Both the position numbers and the translations under genes were made by a program. From NCBI GenBank assembly GCA_030645455.1, contig JAUSNA010000069.1:1-53941 (forward strand): 53,941 nt of DNA. The letters run 5' to 3'. Positions 34,548-46,194 of the stretch are shown piece by piece. Every line of letters starts with the position of its first letter. Within the stretch, counting starts at the first letter, position 1. The DNA is from Candidatus Levyibacteriota bacterium (GTDB lineage Bacteria; Patescibacteriota; Microgenomatia; Levybacterales; GWA1-39-11). The notes under the pieces were generated by a model that was given only the letters and a program-made list of their open reading frames with translations, was not told the origin of the DNA and did not search any database.

Positions 34548-35984
34548 ATGAATAAAAATTACAATTTCGAAGAAAATGCAAAACGGAAGTTTTACATAAC
34601 AAACGCAATACCGTATGTAAATGCCAAGCCTCACGTAGGTCATGCGTTGGAATTCGTCCAATCAGATGTTATTGCCCGCTATCATAAACTTTTGGGAGAC
34701 AACACACTGCTTCTTTGTGGCGGAGATGAAAATGCGATAAAAAATGTACAAGCTGCTGAGATTGAAGGCAAAAAAATACAGGAATTTGTTGATGAGAACA
34801 GCATGCTTTTCCGAGATCTTGCCGAAAAGCTTAACGTTAATTTTGATGTTTTCCAAAAAGGAAGCAGCCCAGACCATTACAAATCCTCACAAGAATTATG
34901 GCAAAAATGTAATGAGAACGGTGATATATATAGAAAAGACTATGCGGGATTTTATTGCGTGGGATGTGAATTATTTTACGAAAAAGATGAATTAAATGAA
35001 AACGGTGAGTGCTTCGAACATCCTGGAAAACCGCTTCAAGAAGTAAGCGAATCTAATTATTTTTTCAAACTAAGCAAATTCCAAGATGAAATAAAAAATC
35101 TTATACAAACGGATACACTAAAAATAACACCTAATTCAAGAAAAAATGAAATGCTTGCCTTTATAGAAAAGGGGCTTGAGGATATTAGCATCTCAAGATC
35201 CAACGCACGAGCAAAAAATTGGGGCGTACCTGTTCCGGGTGATGACACACAACGGATGTATGTTTGGTTTGATGCGTTAAATATCTATAGAAGCGGCCTT
35301 GGTGAAAAATACGAAGAATTTTGGCCGGCTGATGTACATGTGATAGGCAAAGGGATCACAAGATTTCATGCAATTTATTGGCCGGCATTTCTGTTGTCCG
35401 CAAAAATCCCTTTACCAAAATCACTGTTTGTTCATGGTTACTTTACGGTAAATGGACAAAAAATGTCAAAAACTCTGGGAAACGTGATTGATCCTATCGA
35501 ATTGATTAATAAATATGGTGCGGACGCATTGAGATATTATTTCCTTACACAAATTCCACCTACGAATGATGGTGATTTTTCTGAGGAAAAATTAAAAATT
35601 GTCTATAACGCAGATCTAGCAAATGGAATTGGCAATTTAGTGGCAAGAGTATCTAAGTTGGCAGAAAAGATACAGTTTCATGCACCAAAAGATACGGCAA
35701 TTATTGACCCGCTGGTTATTGACGCCTTAAATGGATATAAATTTAATGAATGTTTAACTTTGATTTGGGCAGATATTTCAGCGCTCAACAAAAAGATCAA
35801 TGATACAGAACCATGGAAATTGGAGAGTCACGACCTTGAAGAGTTCTTATCCGAAGCGGCGATTAAGTTACTTTCAATCGCAAAAACTCTTCAACCGTTC
35901 TTGCCTGAAACTTCAGAAAAAATTCTCATACAGTTTTCGGGAGAAATAACATCCAACTCTTCACTTTTTCCCCGCATTTCCTAG
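34548..35984 (+). CDS. metG: Methionyl-tRNA synthetase (short form, no C-terminal tRNA-binding appendage)
   Basis: Class I signatures PYVNAKPHVGHA (HIGH) and KMSKTLGNVIDP (KMSKS), plus a CP knuckle remnant CVGCELFY...CFEHPG. Confidence 0.93.
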   Translation: MNKNYNFEENAKRKFYITNAIPYVNAKPHVGHALEFVQSDVIARYHKLLGDNTLLLCGGDENAIKNVQAAEIEGKKIQEFVDENSMLFRDLAEKLNVNFDVFQKGSSPDHYKSSQELWQKCNENGDIYRKDYAGFYCVGCELFYEKDELNENGECFEHPGKPLQEVSESNYFFKLSKFQDEIKNLIQTDTLKITPNSRKNEMLAFIEKGLEDISISRSNARAKNWGVPVPGDDTQRMYVWFDALNIYRSGLGEKYEEFWPADVHVIGKGITRFHAIYWPAFLLSAKIPLPKSLFVHGYFTVNGQKMSKTLGNVIDPIELINKYGADALRYYFLTQIPPTNDGDFSEEKLKIVYNADLANGIGNLVARVSKLAEKIQFHAPKDTAIIDPLVIDALNGYKFNECLTLIWADISALNKKINDTEPWKLESHDLEEFLSEAAIKLLSIAKTLQPFLPETSEKILIQFSGEITSNSSLFPRIS

Positions 35985-35990
35985 CTATAA

Positions 35991-36019
35991 AAAACCTCCC
36001 GAATAATCGAGAGGTTTTT
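35991..36019. terminator. Bidirectional rho-independent terminator between metG and hsp20
   Basis: aaaaCCTCcCG-aataat-CGaGAGGttttt: 8-bp arm aaaacctc/gaggtttt plus 2 inner pairs, with an A-tract on one side and a T-tract on the other. Confidence 0.55.
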
Positions 36020-36046
36020 CAAAGCATAAAGCTTAACAGTTAAAAG

Positions 36047-36475
36047 TTATGATTGGACTTTTTTTGAAACTTTAATTTTGCGGGGCTCTTTTTTCTCAGC
36101 CTTTTTAAAGGTGAGTTTCAAAACTCCATTTTCAAGTTCTGCCTCTGGCTCGTTATCTCTAACTATTCCTTCTGGGATTCTAAAAGAATAATTGAAAGAA
36201 GTAGCCATTGAAGACATAAAATATCTTTTCTTAGTCTTATCTTCTTCGTTTTGCTGGGAAGAACCCGTTACCCTTACAATGCCATCCTCAAAAGTAACAT
36301 CTATCTTGTCTTCCGGAATGCCGGGAACAGAAGCCTCTGCCACGAGTGCATCTTCTGTTTCGTAAAGGTTAAGGCCTTGGGACATGAATTTAGAGATCCC
36401 CGGAATTGTGGGGAATTCAAAATCATCCTCAAAAACTCTATCAAGATTCCAAGGGTTCCAACGTATTATTGCCAT
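36047..36475 (-). CDS. Small heat-shock protein (Hsp20/alpha-crystallin family)
   Basis: Alpha-crystallin core (..LVAEASVPGIPEDKIDVTFEDGIVRVTG...F.YSFRIPEG....EAELENGVLKLTF.K). I prefer ATG 36475, which sits 8 nt after AAGGAGG. The track's GTG 36484 lies inside that SD. Confidence 0.88.
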   Translation of the reverse strand: MAIIRWNPWNLDRVFEDDFEFPTIPGISKFMSQGLNLYETEDALVAEASVPGIPEDKIDVTFEDGIVRVTGSSQQNEEDKTKKRYFMSSMATSFNYSFRIPEGIVRDNEPEAELENGVLKLTFKKAEKKEPRKIKVSKKVQS

Positions 36476-36590
36476 ATATTTCACCTCCTTTTTCCCAAAA
36501 TAGGGAGCAAAATTGTTTTGAGATCTTATATCCGTCCGAAGTACTAATGGGGGAGGATATAAGAATTTATGAACTCATTTCCTCTAATTT

Positions 36591-36625
36591 TTATCAGTAT
36601 ACATCCAAGAGTGCTAATTTGTCAA
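36591..36625 (-). promoter_or_regulatory. hsp20 promoter with embedded CIRCE-like operator
   Basis: Minus strand: TTGACA (36620-36625), 18 nt, TATACT (36596-36601). Within it lies TTAGCACTC-TTGGATGTA-TACTGATAA (36591-36617), a perfect left arm with the right arm 6/9. The layout matches the hrcA promoter. Confidence 0.55.
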
Positions 36626-36667
36626 GCATGGTCATCTTTGGTATCATAGGGAATACTTGCTCCTCTA

Positions 36668-37527
36668 TGAAACGTAAAATTCTCTTATTGATTGCGATTC
36701 TACTTGTAGCCTCAGGACTCTTTCTCTTGGTGCGTGTTATCTACACCTTTAAAGATGTAGGACGAGGAGGACTACAGGTAACCGCAAATGTTCAGGGTAA
36801 AGTTCTTCTTGACGGAAAACATATTGGTGACGTTCCTGTCAGAAAAATAAATCAGCAAGATACCATTCCGATAGGTAATTATGAACTGCGAATTGAACCG
36901 AGAGATACGGCATTTCCCGCATATACGGTTAGACTTCGGATAAATAGCGGGGTGCTTACCGCAGTTGACAAAACATTCCTTCCCGGGTCTCTAGGAAGTT
37001 CGTACGTTTTGACTCTTGAAAAATCCTCAAATCCAAAACCTCAAATTGAGATAACATCGATCCCTGACGGGTCTCTTATCACAATAGATAGTGTTGCGGT
37101 TGGAACAACACCCTACAAATCGGATTCACTCTCATCATCAGAGCATGAAGTGGAATTACAAAAAGAGGGCTTTGCAAAAAAAACAATTAGGGTAAGGACT
37201 ATTGAAAATCATGTGCTTGTTCTCAGTGCACAGCTTGGAACAGGAGATAACGGAACTGTCCCAGATACTTTACCTAGTCCAACAATTATCAACCCATCAA
37301 CAAGTCCCACACCAACTCAGGCGGAAAATGCAAATGCGACAATACTTTCAACTCCAAATGGATTTCTCAGGGTCAGAAGCGGTCCCGGAACATCATTTGG
37401 CGAAGTAGCTCGAGTAAAACCTGGTGAATCCTACACGATTACCGATGAACAACCTGGGTGGTATCAAATTCAAGTTGATCCTAATACAATTGGGTGGGTC
37501 AGCAGTCAATTTACAAGAAAAGAATGA
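36668..37527 (+). CDS. Membrane-anchored PEGA-domain / SH3b-domain protein
   Basis: Start MKRKILLLIAILLVASGLFLL (TM). Two PEGA-like units (VLLDGKHIGDVP; LITIDSVAVGTTPY), a P/T linker and a C-terminal bacterial SH3 (GFLRVRSGPGTSFGEVARVKPGESYTITDEQPGWYQIQ). The track ORF begins at 36406 but would overlap hsp20 and its promoter. Confidence 0.7.
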
Positions 37528-37545
37528 GTTAAGACGCTAAAAGAT

Positions 37546-38508
37546 TTAACCTCCGATGAAGTAAATAATAAAAATGACCAAAAATCCCCAAATAATAACA
37601 GAGGCTAGAAGCGATCTGTCGGAAAGAAGCACTTTATCAGGACTTTCTCCTTCTTTTTTCTCATAAATGTCCTGCAGGTAGCGCATTACTCCATAAATAA
37701 CAGGAAGAATTGTTACCATTAACCATTTTCTATGAAAATACGAAGGTAAGAATTCAGGAAGAAGTAAATCAAGGCCTATATTCAAACCCCGAGGCGTAGC
37801 AAGAAAAGTGAACAAACTATAAAACACGAATGTGCTCGTTGCAAAAATAGTTGAGAAAGAATCAAGAAGGGCTTCCGAATAATGTGACAGGGTCTTTCGC
37901 ACTTCATCTATTTTTGCTCCCTTGACGTTTTGTAAAAGTGTTAATTCAGATCTTCTTTTCCCAACAGCCAAAAAAAGCGAAAGAGAAACAGCGGTTAATA
38001 AAAGCCAAATTGACGTATGAAAATTGGAAATTGCCTCTCCTGCAAGTATTCGTAAAATATATCCTGTTGCTATAAAAAGGATATCAAAAATAGTAATTGA
38101 CTTAAAAATGGTTGAATAAAGTATTTGTAAAATTATGTACGAAACACCGATAACGGTAAAAAGAATGCTCGTATTAAGTGCTATTGCAAAAGCCCCAAAT
38201 AAAATTGCAGCAAGAATTACTAGCGCCTCAGGAACGGAAATCTCACCGCTTGCAATTGGTCTTAGTCTTTTGAAAGGGTGAAGCTTGTCTTTCTTAACAT
38301 CTAGAATGTCATTAAAAATATAGGTGGATGACGCAAACAAACAAAATGCGATAAATCCGCTTACAACTTGCGATAGAAGTGAAAGATTGAAAAGTTCTCC
38401 GGCAAAAGTGATACCTGCAAAAAGGGCAAAATTCTTAATCCACTGACGTGGGCGAAGCAACTTGAGTATATAAAATCCGTGCCTAATCATGTCGTAATTA
38501 GATACCAA
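37546..38508 (-). CDS. UbiA-family polyprenyl-phosphate phosphoribosyltransferase (DPPRS/Rv3806c-like)
   Basis: LRPRQWIKN, NDILDVKKDKLHPFKRLRPIASGEIS and GKRRSEL closely track the decaprenyl-phosphate 5-phosphoribosyltransferase motifs as I recall them. About 8 TM helices. Confidence 0.75.
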   Translation of the reverse strand: MVSNYDMIRHGFYILKLLRPRQWIKNFALFAGITFAGELFNLSLLSQVVSGFIAFCLFASSTYIFNDILDVKKDKLHPFKRLRPIASGEISVPEALVILAAILFGAFAIALNTSILFTVIGVSYIILQILYSTIFKSITIFDILFIATGYILRILAGEAISNFHTSIWLLLTAVSLSLFLAVGKRRSELTLLQNVKGAKIDEVRKTLSHYSEALLDSFSTIFATSTFVFYSLFTFLATPRGLNIGLDLLLPEFLPSYFHRKWLMVTILPVIYGVMRYLQDIYEKKEGESPDKVLLSDRSLLASVIIWGFLVIFIIYFIGG

Positions 38509-38563
38509 TAGTAAAACGCGGCTCGATTATGACTTGATCAAATCCATTTATCACAAATAGAAC

Positions 38564-39616
38564 TTAATCGTAATCCTGATGTTTTCCAGCGACCCGCAAC
38601 ATAAAAACAAAACCCAACACAACAACTACCACCAACATTATAACAAATAGTTTTCCTCTACTCGATGCCATTAATGCAACAAATCCTAATATCAAAGACA
38701 TTAACCAATAAAATACCGCAATGCTTCTGTGTCCTAACCCATAATTCAATAATAAATGGTGCAGGTGTCCTCTATCATGCCAGAATGGGGATTTTTTGGA
38801 GAGAATTCTTCTGAAAATTGTAATCGCAGCATCAACGCTTGGAACTCCCATGACTAAAACTGCAGTAGCAAGTTTGACGCCCGAAGTTATTGACAATATT
38901 CCAATAAAATATCCTAATATCGTAGCGCTGTATCCGGGGAAAATTTTTGCAGGATAAAAATTATAAACTAGAAATCCTAACGACGCACCACCCACAATAA
39001 AGGAGATCAAAGATGTTGAATAACTTGTTTCTTCAACCGACATAAAACGGAATGCGGCAATCCCAATTACAAAAGCCGAAATAGCGGCAATCCCCGGCAT
39101 TTGTCCATCAACACCCTTGCTCCAATTCAACATATTCATTACCCATACTATCCACACGACAGCCAACGCATCACCGATATTATATGCTTGAGAAAATATA
39201 ATAACCTGAAAGTCATTGAAATGAAGGATTCCACCCAAAGGATTTGTGATGAATGGAATAGTAACCCCGGCATATACGGCAATCATTGCAGTCAAAATAT
39301 TTACTCCAAATCGTATATAGGGTGAGAGGTCATACTTGTCATCAAGTACTCCGGTTACAACCACAACCAAACCTCCTAAGAAAATTGTTTTAGTAAAGTT
39401 ATCAAAAGGAACAAATACTAGTGCTGAGATCAGAATCCCCAAAAAAATCGCGAGTCCTCCCGCTCGAGGAATTGGTTTTTTATGAATAACTGCAGGATGT
39501 ATATGGGTCTTTGGATCATCCATAAGTTTTGCCCTTTTAGCAAAACGTATTACAAGAGGAACAGTAATTACTGTTGCGAAAAAAGCAATTAGGGGAGCAA
39601 ATAATAACTGTTGCAT
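38564..39616 (-). CDS. Polyprenyl-phosphate N-acetylhexosamine-1-phosphate transferase (MraY/WecA family)
   Basis: 10-11 TM helices, DDKYDLSP, NMLNW..GVDG and a HHLL motif typical of the family. MraY versus WecA/TagO cannot be distinguished by eye. Confidence 0.8.
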   Translation of the reverse strand: MQQLLFAPLIAFFATVITVPLVIRFAKRAKLMDDPKTHIHPAVIHKKPIPRAGGLAIFLGILISALVFVPFDNFTKTIFLGGLVVVVTGVLDDKYDLSPYIRFGVNILTAMIAVYAGVTIPFITNPLGGILHFNDFQVIIFSQAYNIGDALAVVWIVWVMNMLNWSKGVDGQMPGIAAISAFVIGIAAFRFMSVEETSYSTSLISFIVGGASLGFLVYNFYPAKIFPGYSATILGYFIGILSITSGVKLATAVLVMGVPSVDAAITIFRRILSKKSPFWHDRGHLHHLLLNYGLGHRSIAVFYWLMSLILGFVALMASSRGKLFVIMLVVVVVLGFVFMLRVAGKHQDYD

Positions 39617-39970
39617 TTAAAATGTTAAGAACAAAATTTGTAAATATGCTAATAATCCAAGTAAAAGAAAAAGGAAGCAATTGAATAATACTATTCTTGC
39701 TACGAGCACATATTTCGCATAAGCAATCGTTGCCTGTAAAATATTACCTATAAAGATTGCAAGAAGAATGATTGGTAAAAGTATTGTGACATTGGAATAA
39801 GCGAGACGTTCTTCTCCCCAAGGCATACTATTATAAAAAGGGATGAGTGGGGGTAAATTATTATATGATGCGATAATAATTATGATTAAAGGAGTAATAA
39901 AAATAAGAGAAAGAAGAAGTGAAATACGCACGAATTGATCGGTAATAATAACTTTAAATTTGTCTTTCAT
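39617..39970 (-). CDS. Small polytopic membrane protein, hypothetical
   Basis: 4 TM helices. I prefer the internal start MKDKFKV (39970). The longest ORF (to 40027) overlaps the upstream GT-C gene by 74 nt. Confidence 0.5.
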   Translation of the reverse strand: MKDKFKVIITDQFVRISLLLSLIFITPLIIIIIASYNNLPPLIPFYNSMPWGEERLAYSNVTILLPIILLAIFIGNILQATIAYAKYVLVARIVLFNCFLFLLLGLLAYLQILFLTF

Positions 39971-41417
39971 ATATTTTTGTTCCTTCCATAATATACCGTA
40001 AGTCGTAGGAAGATAAAAGCTCATCAAAAACAGAACCTGCTGTCGTCTGGATAATATACCTCGGACGGACCTTTTCGATTTGTTCTTTAGTAATTTTCAG
40101 TCCATCTTTGTAATATGAAATATGATACGCAGCCAAATATTTACCAATCGGAAGTTTGTCCGATAAAGCATAGATTTGCACACTGTCCGAGATTAAGAAA
40201 ACTTCCTCATTTTTACCGACATTTGTTCTAATAAAATTGGCGATCTTATAATCTCTTGGTGTGTTGCGATCAAAAAATGACTGATAATCTCGTATCTCTT
40301 TACGATTTGTTATGAACTCTATGTAATTCCGGTAGTATGCAATATTCTTTCTGTATAACTGGAAATGGAAATAAGCAGACAATGCAATAACTATAATCAA
40401 AACCAATTCAAAAAAACGTACCCTTGACCTCTCTAAAGAATGCCCAAGCAACAACGAAAACGCAGGAAGCAAAACAATCAGATAGTGAGTGTAGGGTCTA
40501 TCGGAGAAAAGAACGCTATAACTTCCAAATGCCACCCATATATAAATAAATAATGCCGACTTGGTAATTTTTTTGCGTAAGAAAAATATTGCACCAACAA
40601 TTGCTGCAAGTATAATGGTTTTAATTAACAGAATTATTCTAGGATTTGCTGCTCCATATTGTTCGCTTACATATCCAATATTTTGCGTAAATACACCATC
40701 CATAAAGTCTTGAAAAGCGCCAAGAGCAAAAAAATAAAGACAGCAAATTAGAAATAGAGACAGAAAAGACGCAAGCATGACAAAACTAATTTTCAATCTT
40801 AACTTATTCTCCGTAAAAAATATAAGAAAAAGAAAAACGAAAAAAGCAACAAAATCAAAGATAGCAACTGTTTTAATAATGAAAGCAATTGAAAGAAGTA
40901 TTCCTGCAGTAACCAATTGCAATGTGTATTTATTCTTTGTATATAAATATATAAAATAACCACCCGTTACTATGGGAAGCAACATAAAATTTTCCGCGTT
41001 TGCGATATTCCCTTCAATAATCGGTAATCCTAAAAGTAATGCAAATACTGTCGTTGCTACATATACTGAGTGGTTTTTCTTAAAAATTCTCAACGAAAGT
41101 AGGAAAAAAACAATTATCGATAAAAGTCCGGAAATCAACGAGAAAAGCTTTACCGCAAATAGATTACCTTGAAGAAATGCGTAGATAATATAGAGTAGAG
41201 GTGGCTTATTGTCCCAAATGTCTCGGTATAATACCCGTCCATCATTTAATGCACGTCCGACCACTTGATAAATCCCTTCATCTCCATACCAATGTGGCTC
41301 GACTAAGGAAGGAAGTCTCAGGAACGCAAAAACGGCACAAATTCCCAACAAAAACCAATAATGTTGATATCCATTAAAATGTTTTGAATTATAAATTTTT
41401 AAAAACAATCTTTTCAT
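39954..41417 (-). CDS. GT-C fold membrane glycosyltransferase (ArnT/PMT, family 39/83-like)
   Basis: About 11 TM helices. The first loop motif EPHWYGDEGIY (Asp/Glu-containing, as in polyprenyl-phosphate-sugar dependent GT-C enzymes) and a soluble C-terminal domain are present. Confidence 0.7.
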   Translation of the reverse strand: MKRLFLKIYNSKHFNGYQHYWFLLGICAVFAFLRLPSLVEPHWYGDEGIYQVVGRALNDGRVLYRDIWDNKPPLLYIIYAFLQGNLFAVKLFSLISGLLSIIVFFLLSLRIFKKNHSVYVATTVFALLLGLPIIEGNIANAENFMLLPIVTGGYFIYLYTKNKYTLQLVTAGILLSIAFIIKTVAIFDFVAFFVFLFLIFFTENKLRLKISFVMLASFLSLFLICCLYFFALGAFQDFMDGVFTQNIGYVSEQYGAANPRIILLIKTIILAAIVGAIFFLRKKITKSALFIYIWVAFGSYSVLFSDRPYTHYLIVLLPAFSLLLGHSLERSRVRFFELVLIIVIALSAYFHFQLYRKNIAYYRNYIEFITNRKEIRDYQSFFDRNTPRDYKIANFIRTNVGKNEEVFLISDSVQIYALSDKLPIGKYLAAYHISYYKDGLKITKEQIEKVRPRYIIQTTAGSVFDELLSSYDLRYIMEGTKIYERQI

Positions 41418-41440
41418 GCATTTTTATCTTTACTCTCTTA

Positions 41441-42940
41441 CTACACTTTTTCGGTTACCTTATATTCAAGTCTTTTCCCAATTATTAGTTGTATGTGTGA
41501 TATAAGAGCCGGGAGTGCCGATAAGAAAAATCCCGCAATTGGCATAAAAAGAAATTCTAAAGGGAACAGTATTTTTCTTAATCGTGAGTGTTTGCCGACG
41601 CTCTTTTTGGGACCAAGCATATAGTCCACATAAATCATCGCAAGAATGGAAAGCAAACAAAGTGTCAAAATAAATGCAGAAATCTGTGGAAGTGTATACC
41701 CAAGATTTGTCCGAGTAAATACAGGATTTACTAATGCCACTAAATTTGCAGATACCGTAATAATGAACCAGTTAACCGGCCAAAGGATGTGGTCAACTAT
41801 CACGTTCATAACCAACATCGTTTTTCTCCAGAATGGAATTCCCTTAACAGTCAGATACCATTTCACATATGTTGCGTCATCTGCTACCCCCCATGACCAT
41901 CGCCTCTCCTGATGATATTTATTAAGCAAACTTCTCTTATATGAATATGATTGCGCAGCATCCATTGATGTTTTTAAAAATATTGGCTCAACAACCACCC
42001 TTCCTTTCGTTTTAAAAAATGCTTTAAAAAATACTCGATAATCTTCAGGGATTACATCCACATCCCAATTACCAATATCCATGAGCAATTTATATGAGAG
42101 TGAATAAACAGAATTTGGAACAAGCCTGGCGTGCTGTACGAGAACCGAGGTCCGCCATAGACTTCCAAAAAACGAAATCACTCTTGTAAATGAGGGTACT
42201 TGCCAGAAGTTATTATACGTCACGTTTGCCGACTGCCAAAAAGTGTACAGAGGATCAGGCACTGTAAGGAATGAGTAGGCAAGATAAGAATAAAATGCTT
42301 TATCAAATAACACATCGGCATCGGCCGACGTCACCGTCATAAAATTAATATCAAGTTTTCCACTCTCAACCAGTTTTTTATACGCATCAACCGCTGCATA
42401 CGCTTGATTGGAGGATTTCCCTTTTACCTCGTTTGGGAGATCAGGATGTAATGTGTAATAAAAGCCTCCAAATATTTTTTCATAATCTTTTTTTAATCTC
42501 TCTGCTTTCTCAGTAACATTTTCCTCACGCTCTTCAAGGGCAAGGTAGATGTACATTTGTTTTTTAGGGAAGGTCTGATCATTAATACTTTCCAGAGTTT
42601 CTTTTATTTTTTCATACGTCTCTTTGTAGCTGGGAATAACAATAAGATGCGCTACTTTTGAAAAATTAGGCAGCACCTTTGCTTTAGCAATCCAATCGGT
42701 TTTTTCGGCAGCCTTAATTTTGCGCGCTGCGATAAATGACATTATGACCAGATTTACCGATTTGTAAAACCAGTAGACGTCAAAGAAAATAATAAAATAA
42801 GAAAGTGCGACCGGGAAAAAATAAGCACCCCACAGAGGCATTGTTATCAGAAAAAGAGCAATAATAGGGGGCATTATCTCAAGTGCTCTTCTTGATTTTA
42901 TTGGGTAGCGGGTAAATAGTCGATCAAGTTTGCTGTGCAT
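41441..42940 (-). CDS. Membrane-embedded processive family-2 glycosyltransferase (synthase-type)
   Basis: 2 N-terminal and about 4 C-terminal TM helices around a GT-A domain: IVIPSYKE...INDQTFP, SADADV (DxD) and QERRWSWG (Q(R/Q)xRW motif of cellulose/chitin/hyaluronan-type synthases). Confidence 0.75.
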   Translation of the reverse strand: MHSKLDRLFTRYPIKSRRALEIMPPIIALFLITMPLWGAYFFPVALSYFIIFFDVYWFYKSVNLVIMSFIAARKIKAAEKTDWIAKAKVLPNFSKVAHLIVIPSYKETYEKIKETLESINDQTFPKKQMYIYLALEEREENVTEKAERLKKDYEKIFGGFYYTLHPDLPNEVKGKSSNQAYAAVDAYKKLVESGKLDINFMTVTSADADVLFDKAFYSYLAYSFLTVPDPLYTFWQSANVTYNNFWQVPSFTRVISFFGSLWRTSVLVQHARLVPNSVYSLSYKLLMDIGNWDVDVIPEDYRVFFKAFFKTKGRVVVEPIFLKTSMDAAQSYSYKRSLLNKYHQERRWSWGVADDATYVKWYLTVKGIPFWRKTMLVMNVIVDHILWPVNWFIITVSANLVALVNPVFTRTNLGYTLPQISAFILTLCLLSILAMIYVDYMLGPKKSVGKHSRLRKILFPLEFLFMPIAGFFLSALPALISHIQLIIGKRLEYKVTEKV

Positions 42941-42943
42941 GGA

Positions 42944-43765
42944 TTAGACTTTAAAAACCTCACTGAAGTTACGCTCAATTTGAGCTTCAAGTGTATTATA
43001 TGAAATTCCCTTGGTCTTCGCAATGAAATCCAGAATAATAGGGATGCTAGACGGAGTATTTCTTTGACCACGCAAAGGGATGGGGGATAAAAATGGACTA
43101 TCTGTTTCGGTTAATGTTCGTTCAACTGGTACGTATTTTACGAGATCAACCAAAGCCGTTGTCTCGCCTGGTGGGATTCCACCATATGTAATGTTTCCGT
43201 CAAATCCAACAAAAAATCCCATATCCAATACTTTTTTTGCAAAATCTACACTACCCGAAAAACAATGAAACATACCAGAAGGTGCTTGAAAATCTTTTTT
43301 ATAATCAGATAATATCGAAAGGGTTTCATCCCACGCAAGGCGTGTGTGAATTTGCAATGGCAAACTTAATTTAATCGAAAGCTCGATTTGTTTGCGAAAA
43401 GCATCTTCCTGCAGATCAACCGGAACTATACCGTTAGTCCGGTAATTCCAAAAGTCCATTCCTACCTCACCTATACCAATTACTTTTTTTGAACTTTTAG
43501 CAATAGACTCAAGCTGTACCAACCAGTCTTGGGGCGGCTCTCCTTCATATTTTGCGTCAGTTTTGTCAGCATGATGGGGATGTATTCCTACAATTGCATA
43601 AAGATTTTCGTATTTTTGTGAAAGCTCGACGGCTTGGCGAGAGGATTCAATTGAAGTCCCGGTATTAACAATTGTTGTAACCCCATTTGAAATAGCGTCT
43701 TTTATAACAGCGTCATAGTCATTCTCAAACTTATGAAACTGCATATGGCAATGTACATCTATCAT
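42944..43765 (-). CDS. tatD: TatD-family metal-dependent hydrolase/DNase
   Basis: IDVHCHM at the N-terminus, internal GEVGMD, H and D ligands in order, about 270 aa. Confidence 0.85.
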   Translation of the reverse strand: MIDVHCHMQFHKFENDYDAVIKDAISNGVTTIVNTGTSIESSRQAVELSQKYENLYAIVGIHPHHADKTDAKYEGEPPQDWLVQLESIAKSSKKVIGIGEVGMDFWNYRTNGIVPVDLQEDAFRKQIELSIKLSLPLQIHTRLAWDETLSILSDYKKDFQAPSGMFHCFSGSVDFAKKVLDMGFFVGFDGNITYGGIPPGETTALVDLVKYVPVERTLTETDSPFLSPIPLRGQRNTPSSIPIILDFIAKTKGISYNTLEAQIERNFSEVFKV

Positions 43766-43768
43766 ATT

Positions 43769-44440
43769 TTACTTTGGAACAATAAGTCCTACCGATTTTA
43801 ACATCGGCACGGTTGCATCCCCATGCCATGCATCAACAAGACCTGCGGACGGAATAAAAACTAAATTTCTCTGATCATCTTTTTTATCCTCAAGAGATCT
43901 CCGATCTTCTTTGGCAAATTTATTCCTATTCCTGTCAATAAATGTTCGGCTCCGGACATAATTATCCTCAAATAAAGATCTTCCATGTTTTGTTTTGTAC
44001 AATTCTTCGATCATTATAATATCAACAATTTCACCCATCCTTAAGGTTGCAGTCGGAAATTTAGCTTCAATTTCTTGATTTTGCTCGCCCAATAGTTTGC
44101 TTGCCTCATCAAAAGTAGTATCTTCGCAATTAGGTAAAAATACATTTGGAGGAATTGCTACATGTCCTTTTATAGTTTGCTGTTTTTTTATTAGATCTAT
44201 TACGTCACTCTTGAAGTACGGGGTTATATATTTGTCGATATCTTCCTCGGGCAAAACCTCACCTTTCAATTCAAATACTTCATATCCCTTTGCCTCAAAC
44301 TCTATCAATTCATTGTCCGTGAATAACTTGGGGGCATTCTCCTCATTGGTATTCTCATGTGGGGTTGGTGAAAAAACAACAGGGGATTCGGAAGACACTT
44401 CCCCTACTCCAATTTCTGCCGCTTCGACTCTATCATCCAT
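43769..44440 (-). CDS. Cytoplasmic acidic protein, hypothetical
   Basis: 223-aa ORF with no TM and no motif I recognise. Tightly packed between groEL and tatD. Confidence 0.45.
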   Translation of the reverse strand: MDDRVEAAEIGVGEVSSESPVVFSPTPHENTNEENAPKLFTDNELIEFEAKGYEVFELKGEVLPEEDIDKYITPYFKSDVIDLIKKQQTIKGHVAIPPNVFLPNCEDTTFDEASKLLGEQNQEIEAKFPTATLRMGEIVDIIMIEELYKTKHGRSLFEDNYVRSRTFIDRNRNKFAKEDRRSLEDKKDDQRNLVFIPSAGLVDAWHGDATVPMLKSVGLIVPK

Positions 44441-44494
44441 ATGAAAATTATACAGGAGTATAAATTGAAATAGTAAGTACGATTAGAGGAAGTC

Positions 44495-46138
<1,644 letters not shown>

Positions 46139-46194
46139 TTAATAATTAAAAGTTAAAAATTCAAAATTAACTTTGCACTTTTCACTTTGGACTT

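Noticed and set aside
36406-36667. 5' extension of the PEGA/SH3 ORF
   Set aside because: It would overlap the hsp20 coding start, its SD and the CIRCE/promoter region. The extension has no signal or TM, whereas ATG 36668 begins a typical anchor sequence.
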